From a virus: a stretch of 64,000 bases of DNA. The translations under genes and the position numbers were made by a program. Location of the stretch: IMG/VR virus record IMGVR_UViG_3300017613_001142, positions 1 through 64,000 of that record. One strand, given 5' to 3'. Of the stretch, positions 42,301 to 49,322 are shown piece after piece (the first letter of the stretch is position 1; each line of letters starts with the position of its first letter). A model generated the notes under the pieces. That model searched no databases, was not told where the DNA came from, and was given only the letters and a program-made list of their open reading frames with translations.

Positions 42301-43274
42301 AAAGTTTCAGTTAATAAATTATCAATTTCCGCGCTTCCTATATTAGCTATTAACGAAACAAATTCAGAAGCGACGTTTAATGCATTAACACTGGCCGCGT
42401 CCGCTGCGAAATCAGTAGTTATAATGGTTTCCGCACTAATTAAGGGGCTAATTAAATCGGTTATGGTCGCGCTATCTATTAATGCTACGCCTATCCCCGC
42501 GTCCGTTAAACTCCCAACACCAGCTCGCAAGTCAGAAACTGTTAATGTTTCTAAATTTAAATCTGTGATACTCAAATTATCAATCGCAGCCGAGCCAACA
42601 TGTAAATTACTAATACTAACTACACCGGATCGAAAGTCAGACGAAATTAAACTTTCTATATTCCCCGATTGAGCTTGCAAAATTGCGACGCTTGCATTAT
42701 CTGTTTGAAATTCAGATGTAACTACAATATTAAAACTAGCAATATCCGCCTGAATATTGGATAAAACAAGTGTGTCTAAATCAAGATTATCAATTACGGC
42801 TGATCCAACATGTAACGCGCTGATACTAGCGACACCAAAACGCGCTTCTGATGAAATTAAACTATCAATGTTCCCACTTTGAACATTAATAATATCCGCG
42901 CTTAACGCGCTGATTATTCCGTCTGAAACACTAATTGAATCTAATTCAATATTATCAAACGTCGCGCTTCCGGCGTGAAGTGTTCCGAAACTTCCGACCC
43001 CGGCGCGAAAATCGGACACGACTAAAGTGTCGAAATCAATGTTTTCTATCTTTGCACTTGTAACATCTAATGTTCCAAAACTAGCCACACCCGCGCGTAT
43101 TCCAGACGTTATTACGCTTTCAGCTTCGAATAAAACAGACGCCGCGCACGACACATCTATTTTAGGCGAACCGCTATCCTGTTGAGCGAGCGCGGTAAAA
43201 TTAGCCTGCATTTGATCTAATTCCGTCGCTTTTAAAATGTCGCCTGATGTAAAATCTAAAGGGGTCCACACCAT
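39312..43274 (-). CDS. long tail fibre/spike with repetitive shaft and C-terminal S74-type intramolecular chaperone domain
   Basis: Many units like ESLISSDFRAGVASxNLLHVNSAxIxNLD. C-terminus TISDRRLKNNI...IGYIAQDVQEIFPSLV...LEAQITSL. Confidence 0.9.
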   Translation of the reverse strand: MVWTPLDFTSGDILKATELDQMQANFTALAQQDSGSPKIDVSCAASVLFEAESVITSGIRAGVASFGTLDVTSAKIENIDFDTLVVSDFRAGVGSFGTLHAGSATFDNIELDSISVSDGIISALSADIINVQSGNIDSLISSEARFGVASISALHVGSAVIDNLDLDTLVLSNIQADIASFNIVVTSEFQTDNASVAILQAQSGNIESLISSDFRSGVVSISNLHVGSAAIDNLSITDLNLETLTVSDLRAGVGSLTDAGIGVALIDSATITDLISPLISAETIITTDFAADAASVNALNVASEFVSLIANIGSAEIDNLLTETLIASDARIGVGSINLLHSNSANINDFTAVFATINSSEIESLISSNARIGIGSLNILSASSGQINDLLTNNFQTDNASIGILTANSANIESLISSDFRSGVASINLLHSNSGFFINLYVESETNLTKNDEWLQNGFVDQTQSTIAFSDTNRRFVINRTGTAFEYFVAGEKYTVTSDDQAGYNAITLGDSEGLHAIYYDTSTLANILEPTGTQFVDLVLNKALTAIVYYNASSNEGILYDERHGANMAPRTHSYLHQIVGFAYISGLGLGDFVISTGADNEDAQFSIASGVCFDEDLSIDLNAIDSTTATKVFFRDGTNWRWRTQTGFKCITLDGTSATRLAYDDSGTLTAVTNGRFVLIHVFASNAADGDCISIVGQAQYNNANDAKVGAETEINNLVLSGLPTKELKPIGSIIFETKDTFANDVNARVIQTDAGENYVDWRTTPLAAGVSAADHGSLGGLGDDDHLQYALLAGRDGGQILIGGESSGDILTFQSCDGIQFNNELRAENIINSGTISDAASFNITNVISGNIESLISSDFRAGVASVNLLHVNSANIQNLDIGTIITSDLAVDIASINTLNVASNFNSLIADIGIADIQIGNIDNVAAESIVTSGLRVGAGSFTNLNAGILESDSATIADLIATNLIGETASFDTIEASSNFQTTAASVALLHVNSATIDNINITDLVLDTLIVSDMRAGVGSISNLHAGSAAIDNLSIADLTLETLVASDMRAGVGSFSLLYAGSANIGYLDVDSGLESYFVNISSGGLFVKGTTDLERRVSIFADTTIDSGGGFYVRNGPIEQWAGSSMHIQSPAFFDKSAKFTGTDASVSVALPALYAENSSNPPLALYNTTTQAAASLILGVSDVTSPGRLHFIVSANGDVLNTNGVYTTISDRRLKNNINTPSDKLEKVLQIPIVTYHINQSSEKLIGYIAQDVQEIFPSLVSENASGYLYPKNSVLGSPILMKAFQEHVHETRARVTSLEAQITSLTALMS

Positions 43275-43280
43275 GATATA

Positions 43281-43769
43281 TTAACCTAAAACGTAGATAG
43301 TATTATCCAAAATACCTTTAATTGGATCATCTAAAATAAATGGAGATAATGACATGACATCGCTCTTCTGAACGCCGCGATTTGTTAATTGATCGCCTAT
43401 AGATAGCAGTGTGATTAATCCATCAAATCTATCAAATTGCATTTGAGAATAATTTAAAAATGGATCATTATTATTAACAATCCGGCAATTTACATATTGA
43501 GTATAACCACTTGCGATAGTAGTAAAACTAATAGTCGTTTGATTACGCCAATAATCACGGATTAAATTAACGTCTGAGCTGTCGGTAAGATTAAAAGGAA
43601 GTGAAAACCGAAATTGACCGCCGTCAAATTTATATTGATTAACGCCGCCTGTCTCGGTTGTTTGAGTAAAACGGCGAGATTCGACAGACTCCGAATAATC
43701 AAACGTCGGATTAATTTCAAGTGTTTGCGGGCTTGAAACGTCGCCTAAAAAAAATTGCTTAAAAAACAT
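43281..43769 (-). CDS. fibre-associated baseplate/adaptor protein, paralogue of 45434..45916
   Basis: Shared blocks PTFDY, GGVNQYKFDGGQFRFSLPFNL versus GHVNQYRLGGASFRFNLPLNL, and YSQMQFDRFDG versus YSQMQYTNFDG. Confidence 0.75.
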   Translation of the reverse strand: MFFKQFFLGDVSSPQTLEINPTFDYSESVESRRFTQTTETGGVNQYKFDGGQFRFSLPFNLTDSSDVNLIRDYWRNQTTISFTTIASGYTQYVNCRIVNNNDPFLNYSQMQFDRFDGLITLLSIGDQLTNRGVQKSDVMSLSPFILDDPIKGILDNTIYVLG

Positions 43770-43788
43770 GATGTCTCAAAAAAAAAGA

Positions 43789-43817
43789 CTTGACAACATT
43801 AAAACCGCCGCCTAATA
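43789..43817 (+). promoter_or_regulatory. plus-strand sigma70-like promoter TTGACA-N17-TAATAT
   Basis: -35 at 43789-43794, -10 at 43812-43817, counted base by base. Confidence 0.55.
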
Positions 43818-43823
43818 TTAAAG

Positions 43824-43909
43824 TCGTGGTTGTGACATTGGATTTTACTCCTAGTTTAAGAATAAAGCCGGACGTTCGTTGATAGCGGATAGTTCGGCTT
43901 TATTTTTTT
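43824..43909 (+). ncRNA. candidate ~85-nt plus-strand small RNA
   Basis: Lies between the promoter above and a 9-bp stem (43864-43872 and 43893-43901) followed by a T7 run. No credible ORF. Contains ACUCCU. Confidence 0.45.
43864..43909 (+). terminator. plus-strand rho-independent terminator
   Basis: AAAGCCGGA...TTCGGCTTT, then A plus TTTTTTT. Confidence 0.6.
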
Positions 43910-44139
43910 GTAATGAGTTTGCCTATAATTTTTGCGCCAAGTTGCCACCCTTGTTTTTTGGCAAGTTCTTTAAAATCTTCGTTTTGTATCGGAGACTTGT
44001 CGATTGTTTTTGTAAGTTGATCTTTTTCAACGCGATTTTTACCATAAAGAATCCCTAAAATTGTCGCAATTAATCCTAGAATTACAATTATATCATCTAG
44101 TATTTCTGCAAATTCCTGTCCAAAATTTATAATATTCAT
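43900..44139 (-). CDS. small single-pass membrane protein (79 aa)
   Basis: IIVILGLIATILGILYG transmembrane segment. Confidence 0.65.
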   Translation of the reverse strand: MNIINFGQEFAEILDDIIVILGLIATILGILYGKNRVEKDQLTKTIDKSPIQNEDFKELAKKQGWQLGAKIIGKLITKK

Positions 44140-44142
44140 ATC

Positions 44143-44520
44143 TTATTCCTCCGGTTGTGTAAAATCAATAGTTATAGATTCAGGCTCATCAGAATCAAGA
44201 ATCTGTAAATATAACTCATTGTAATAAAACATAATAAAATCTTTTCTATCAAAAATTTCTTGATGAAACTCTTGGAATTTAGTGTTATTTTGCAAATCTA
44301 AAACTCGATGTTCTTTGTCAGCAAATTTAAAACGATGTGGACGCGCCTTAACACAGCTTCTTTTTAACGCCACATTATTAGTAGTTTTATCTAAAACATC
44401 AAATTGACGCCCATCAAAAATAATCCCGTCTTCACAAGCTGATTTGCGTTTTTCTTTAAGATTTGCAATGCAATCAGATCGTCGTTTTTCTAGCGTTTTT
44501 TGTGGATTTTCTCTAATCAT
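44143..44520 (-). CDS. hypothetical protein (125 aa)
   Basis: ORF track. Confidence 0.7.
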   Translation of the reverse strand: MIRENPQKTLEKRRSDCIANLKEKRKSACEDGIIFDGRQFDVLDKTTNNVALKRSCVKARPHRFKFADKEHRVLDLQNNTKFQEFHQEIFDRKDFIMFYYNELYLQILDSDEPESITIDFTQPEE

Positions 44521-44523
44521 AAT

Positions 44524-44745
44524 TTATTCTCCGTGCCCGCCTGGTTCTCCTTGCGTTCCGTCTAATTCCCATGCGTCACGGTTGGTTCTGTCGGATGGTA
44601 TTGTTTCTTCTTCTACCACCCAAAATGGTAAATCTTTTGGAGTATCTTTTTTGCCAAGATTAATCATTCCTAAATCACGCCCTTCATTTGTCGGATGAAT
44701 TATGCCGATACTATTATCAGGATTTTGAAATATTATTTTTTTCAT
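44524..44745 (-). CDS. hypothetical protein (73 aa)
   Basis: ORF track. Confidence 0.65.
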   Translation of the reverse strand: MKKIIFQNPDNSIGIIHPTNEGRDLGMINLGKKDTPKDLPFWVVEEETIPSDRTNRDAWELDGTQGEPGGHGE

Positions 44746-44749
44746 TTTA

Positions 44750-45427
44750 TTACCTAAATATCATAACGTTAACAACTTTGGGGTCTTTTACTGCTGCCGC
44801 TAATGTCGCCGCATTTAATCTAAAAAATGTAGTGGCGTATGTGTTGGATATGAGCAAACCAGCTGGGACAGTAACAAGTACAGAAAATGTCGCCGCGTCT
44901 AGTTCTTTACTAGTTAACGCGACCGCATAATTTGTATCTGGCATCGCTGTTGTAAAATTCACACTATAGTCACCAGGTCCATGATCGGTGATACTCGTAA
45001 CATTTCCACTTGCTCTAATACTTGGAGTGCCTGTACCATCAAAATTCACCCACGCTCGACAAGCAAAAAACGGTTGTCCGATATATTCCATGTCGCTATT
45101 TACTGCGATAGAATTTAAAGAACCGCTATCAATATTAAATAAATTCGCGCTTCCAGCATAGGTTGTAAAACTTGAACTATTTTCAATGTCATTAGAGAGT
45201 AAATCAGCCGTTAACGTTCCGCTGCTAATATGTAAAGTGTCTATACTGGCAACATTACCAATAAACGCCGAACTAGTTAATAGATTGATATTAGAACAAC
45301 TTACATCAATCATAGGTGCGCCTGCTTCTTGCGCAGCCATCGCTCCGAAATTATCTTGGAGCGGATTCATGTGAGAATCGGCGTATAAAATTTCGCCGTC
45401 CGTAAAACTCAAAGGTTTCCAAGCCAT
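44750..45427 (-). CDS. short tail fibre protein; N-terminus paralogous to the 1320-aa fibre
   Basis: MAWKPLSFTDGEILYADSHMNPLQDNFGAMAAQEAGAPMIDVS versus MVWTPLDFTSGDILKATELDQMQANFTALAQQDSGSPKIDVS. Confidence 0.75.
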   Translation of the reverse strand: MAWKPLSFTDGEILYADSHMNPLQDNFGAMAAQEAGAPMIDVSCSNINLLTSSAFIGNVASIDTLHISSGTLTADLLSNDIENSSSFTTYAGSANLFNIDSGSLNSIAVNSDMEYIGQPFFACRAWVNFDGTGTPSIRASGNVTSITDHGPGDYSVNFTTAMPDTNYAVALTSKELDAATFSVLVTVPAGLLISNTYATTFFRLNAATLAAAVKDPKVVNVMIFR

Positions 45428-45433
45428 AATTTT

Positions 45434-45916
45434 TTATGCTAAAGCGTTGATTCCTAAAATTCCACCAGAAGTTCCTAAAATAAAATAACTTCCCTGAATA
45501 GTTTTTTTAGATAACCCACGCGCGGTGTTGTAATCGTTGATTGTCACTAATTTTAACATGCCGTCAAAGTTTGTATATTGCATCTGTGAATAACGGCTTA
45601 AGGGATCATTCCTATTTGTAATACGGCAATCTACATATTCGCTATAATTAGACGCCACTTGTGTGAATCTGATATTCTGTTGATTTTGCCACAATTCTCT
45701 AATAAAACTAGTGTCTGAACTATCGACTAAATTCAAAGGAAGGTTAAATCTAAACGACGCGCCGCCAAGTCGATATTGATTGACATGTCCAGTTTCTTCA
45801 GTCTGTTCACCGCGTTGTGCGTTAATAATTTCCGCATAATCGAAAGTTGGATGTAGATCTATACTTAAAGTTAAGCTATTTACATTTTCGATTGTCCACT
45901 GTTTAAAGAAAGTCAT
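45434..45916 (-). CDS. fibre-associated baseplate/adaptor protein, paralogue of 43281..43769
   Basis: Start moved to ATG 45916 (MTFFKQW), just after the upstream stop at 45918. Confidence 0.75.
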   Translation of the reverse strand: MTFFKQWTIENVNSLTLSIDLHPTFDYAEIINAQRGEQTEETGHVNQYRLGGASFRFNLPLNLVDSSDTSFIRELWQNQQNIRFTQVASNYSEYVDCRITNRNDPLSRYSQMQYTNFDGMLKLVTINDYNTARGLSKKTIQGSYFILGTSGGILGINALA

Positions 45917-45917
45917 G

Positions 45918-46751
45918 TCAAAACACCAAACTAGTATCAAACGCGCTCAACTCTAAAGTCCCGCGCCAATTGTGATGGTACGGTTTATTGAATTGCGTCA
46001 TCGGCGTCTGATTATTTGTCATGGTCACAATAAACTGTTGTGTTGTGTCTGATGTGTCCCAAGTGAACATTAGTGGCGTCGTGTCTTGCCACCACTGGTT
46101 TAAAAGCAAAGCCTCGTTTTCTTCCATATATTCAAGTGGAAGATTCCATTTTTTATTAAATCCCCACTTATAACTGGGATTCGCGCCGCCTATCGTTTGA
46201 TGACCTCCCATAAAAAGCTCATCCCGTAATCTCAAATTACGCTCAGGATGCAAATCAATAACATCAATAGCGGTTAAAACATCATCAAAATATGTCACAT
46301 GCGCAAAGCCAGACGCCGGTGTGGTGAATTCAAAGCGCAATTCATAAATATCTGCGCTGTTCATCGTTGTTTCGATCCTATATCGTTCAAACTCTGAATT
46401 TACCGTTAACAACATACTCTCGCTATTTAAAAACGCCGTGACCGCGCCGCTAGAAACCGCGTTTGGTAGATAATTCCAAAAATATGAAACAGTGCGATGC
46501 GATCCAACATCAAACCACCATCTATCATACACATCATTTGAGGCAGTATAATTATATTTTAAAAATCCGCCGCCAATACCGCCTACATTAATTACAGTTG
46601 TCAACCCGGAATAAGTGGAACTATGAACGAAATTTGTACTGGAATTAATATCAACCCATGAAGCTGAGCTTGTATCGTCCCATGATCCAATTTGTTCAAA
46701 AGATTGCGATCCATGTAATTGCCCTAAAAGCGCGCCTAATTCAATAGTCAT
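45918..46751 (-). CDS. tail/baseplate structural protein (277 aa)
   Basis: Called by position in the tail module. No motif recognised. Confidence 0.65.
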   Translation of the reverse strand: MTIELGALLGQLHGSQSFEQIGSWDDTSSASWVDINSSTNFVHSSTYSGLTTVINVGGIGGGFLKYNYTASNDVYDRWWFDVGSHRTVSYFWNYLPNAVSSGAVTAFLNSESMLLTVNSEFERYRIETTMNSADIYELRFEFTTPASGFAHVTYFDDVLTAIDVIDLHPERNLRLRDELFMGGHQTIGGANPSYKWGFNKKWNLPLEYMEENEALLLNQWWQDTTPLMFTWDTSDTTQQFIVTMTNNQTPMTQFNKPYHHNWRGTLELSAFDTSLVF

Positions 46752-46752
46752 T

Positions 46753-48729
46753 TTATAAATTTATCAATTCATTAGCGGTAATTCTCACATTTCCCCTTAA
46801 ATAATCGGCTTTAAGTTTTGTTACCTGATATAAACTTTCTGAATTTTCTAAAATCGGATGTTCAAGCTTAATAATATCAGCAAGTTCTAATCCATAAAAC
46901 CGCGCTGGCAGCGTCATTTCCACAATTTGTTCATCTTTTGTTCTTTTTCTTAAAATATTAGACAGATACATGCTCGCTGTGTCAGCTTCAAGAAAATATT
47001 CCGTTTGCGCTTGAACTTCATTATTAATCCCCGTCGCCGCTACTGAGTTACAAGCCGCCGAATTATTAGCATCCGCTATTAATGAGTTCTCGTATTGCCC
47101 GGTTGTAAAATTATAATTATACCCTATCGCTATCCGTTTCGCTTTCTCAGTGTCAAAAACTGTAGTTCCAAGCGGATTATCTAAAACTTTTAATGTATCC
47201 TGTTGATAATCTTTCGGTGTAATAACCGTGTCAGTCGTGGCTGCGTCGCTTTCCGTGTACACCCTGAAATTAATCTGGCCACTATCACCAACATAAATAT
47301 ATGTTCCTGTGATTTCTCCAAATTTTTGCGATATATCAGTTAAATTTTCTCGTTCGCCGAAAAAACATTGAAACGCATACCCTGAATTTTCAAGAATCTC
47401 TTGTGTGTCACTTGCTTGAGACTGAACAAAACCAAGCGCGGATTGGCTATAAATATCAGTTAAAATATGAATTGGATTTTCTGAAATGGCTATATCTGAA
47501 CAATTAACTTGTGCGGCAAAAGTTGAATAATTTGTATAATTTTCTGACTTTAATGTTGCAAGCCAATCACAAGTAAAATCTAATGTTGGAAAATCTATAA
47601 AATTAGAAACAGTATAAAGAAATTGAAAAACTGCGGTTGAGTATACATTCCCCATATTAATAGGTTCTCCACCTAATGACGTTGATCCCACGTCAGAATT
47701 TACGGCGACACCCCATATAACTCTTGTTGCAATACTATTTCCGCTAGAAACTTCTATTAATCCTTGATGAAAAATTGGACTTGTTACATTAGTGCTAAAA
47801 ACTGATGTGTTATAAAAAACAGTATTTGTTGTTTGTATTTTTAACCTTGGATCAAAAGATAAAGACATTCTTAAAAATGATTGATCTTCTAACGGGAACG
47901 TTTGCTCACGCACACCAAAAATTCCTTGTATCTGTTTATTTTGCGTGAACTGTAAAATAGCATTGCTAGTTAGTTCAGTTCTATAATTCGTCTCGCTTAT
48001 AAATCTCCAAATGCTATCTTGAATGCCAATATCTGATATTTCAAAAGTATTCCCGCCAGTCGCTAAATTAGTTGATCCACTTTGTTGCGCCCATAATTTA
48101 TTTAAAAAAATTAAATGGTTGCCATCGTTCCCTAAACTTTTATCTCTATTAAAATACAAACTAGTAACATGATTTTCAGAGCTAACATTTATAGGCCCAA
48201 CAAGCGTCCCAAGATCGCAATCAACCGGCGTCATATAAAACGGCCTTGCGTGTTTCCCGTAATATGACGGATAACCCCAATTATTATTTGAAACTTCAGG
48301 ATGCACAACGCTATAACTATCAACTATCGCCGCCGTCGGATATTGTGGAACATTATCAAAAAATTTATCGAAAATCTGTAATTGAATCAGATTAGGGTCA
48401 GTTGGAAATCGTGTTATATCCTGAACGACTCCCACATGCGGTGTGAATTCGTCACTATTTGCGAAAACCGTCAAAGCCACGCCTGCCTTGACGAAACTTT
48501 TAAAATTATTTTTCCAGAAACTTAAACCATCGTCGCGGCTAAGTGTCACTTGATAATTTGAACTTTTACCAAACCCCCCTAAATAATCAATTTCGTACTG
48601 AATTGGAGTTATATTCTGAATATTCCAATTACTGAAAACAAATGTTGTACTTTGATCAACTGGCGTTACGCTAAGTTTCAGATTTGTATTGACTATTCGC
48701 GCCGATTCGATGCTAGTGAGTGTTCGCAT
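46753..48729 (-). CDS. distal tail/baseplate structural protein (658 aa)
   Basis: First large gene after the tape measure, apart from the plus-strand insert. Confidence 0.7.
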   Translation of the reverse strand: MRTLTSIESARIVNTNLKLSVTPVDQSTTFVFSNWNIQNITPIQYEIDYLGGFGKSSNYQVTLSRDDGLSFWKNNFKSFVKAGVALTVFANSDEFTPHVGVVQDITRFPTDPNLIQLQIFDKFFDNVPQYPTAAIVDSYSVVHPEVSNNNWGYPSYYGKHARPFYMTPVDCDLGTLVGPINVSSENHVTSLYFNRDKSLGNDGNHLIFLNKLWAQQSGSTNLATGGNTFEISDIGIQDSIWRFISETNYRTELTSNAILQFTQNKQIQGIFGVREQTFPLEDQSFLRMSLSFDPRLKIQTTNTVFYNTSVFSTNVTSPIFHQGLIEVSSGNSIATRVIWGVAVNSDVGSTSLGGEPINMGNVYSTAVFQFLYTVSNFIDFPTLDFTCDWLATLKSENYTNYSTFAAQVNCSDIAISENPIHILTDIYSQSALGFVQSQASDTQEILENSGYAFQCFFGERENLTDISQKFGEITGTYIYVGDSGQINFRVYTESDAATTDTVITPKDYQQDTLKVLDNPLGTTVFDTEKAKRIAIGYNYNFTTGQYENSLIADANNSAACNSVAATGINNEVQAQTEYFLEADTASMYLSNILRKRTKDEQIVEMTLPARFYGLELADIIKLEHPILENSESLYQVTKLKADYLRGNVRITANELINL

Positions 48730-48740
48730 GAAAAATATAG

Positions 48741-48775
48741 TTGACAGTTTGATTTTAGTTTGAGAATATTTTATT
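48741..48775 (+). promoter_or_regulatory. plus-strand promoter-like motif, copy 3
   Basis: TTGACAGTTTGATTTTAGTTTGAGAATATTTTATTCAACA followed by the TCGCG-ATAA-CGCGA hairpin. Confidence 0.45.
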
Positions 48776-48829
48776 CAACACATCGCGATAACGCGAAATT
48801 AATTGATAATCTCATTGATGGTTTATTAA

Positions 48830-49087
48830 ATGACCAAAACTTTGATAATTTATAATACCGTATCTGATCCATTGCAATACGTGATCATTGACGGAGATTA
48901 TTCGCATCTCGATAATATCCAATTAAATTTTGATTATGATGATTCAGAAAGTATTGACAGAGCTTCCCAGGCCGATAAATTACTTTTTGATCACAATGGT
49001 CATTATCTCCATGTTTTTTCTGAAAGCACAAAACTTATAGAAGAAAAATCTTGGGATAAAGTCGCTGTCATAACATCCCTGCCTTAA
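48830..49087 (+). CDS. hypothetical acidic protein (85 aa), plus-strand insert in the tail module
   Basis: ORF track. Confidence 0.65.
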   Translation: MTKTLIIYNTVSDPLQYVIIDGDYSHLDNIQLNFDYDDSESIDRASQADKLLFDHNGHYLHVFSESTKLIEEKSWDKVAVITSLP

Positions 49088-49107
49088 TTTCTATAGGAGT
49101 TATAAAA

Positions 49108-49245
49108 ATGAAACAAACGAACGCAAAAGAAACTTTAGTTGATTTTAAACGCCGACTGAAACATGAACGACCGTTGCTAAGTTCATACGCCTATGCATCC
49201 GATTGGCGTAGTATGTTGAGATCAAAAGGCGTCAAAAACCCCTGA
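49108..49245 (+). CDS. hypothetical basic peptide (45 aa)
   Basis: TAGGAGTTATAAAA-ATG. Own translation MKQTNAKETLVDFKRRLKHERPLLSSYAYASDWRSMLRSKGVKNP. Confidence 0.5.
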   Translation: MKQTNAKETLVDFKRRLKHERPLLSSYAYASDWRSMLRSKGVKNP

Positions 49246-49322
49246 AATGGTATAAATCCCGTTGATAAAACCGTTGCACCTGTCTGGCCGCGATATGCGA
49301 TGGTTGGCTGTTAGCGGGATTT

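Noticed and set aside
42139-42672. Plus-strand 177-aa ORF inside the tail fibre gene; also 49783..50340 and 51418..51648 inside the tape measure gene
   Set aside because: They are antisense ORFs within long, well-supported minus-strand structural genes, with no RBS and composition-driven openness.
39312-43274. Diversity-generating retroelement targeting the repetitive tail fibre
   Set aside because: No reverse transcriptase ORF and no template/variable repeat pair with adenine-specific differences was seen in the window. The repeats are in-frame shaft units.
43838-43858. 6-codon minus-strand mini-ORF (AGGAGT-N9-ATG TCA CAA CCA CGA CTT TAA) in the 43770-43899 gap
   Set aside because: It is too short to support as a gene. 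The region is better explained by the plus-strand promoter/terminator unit, although the two ideas are not mutually exclusive.
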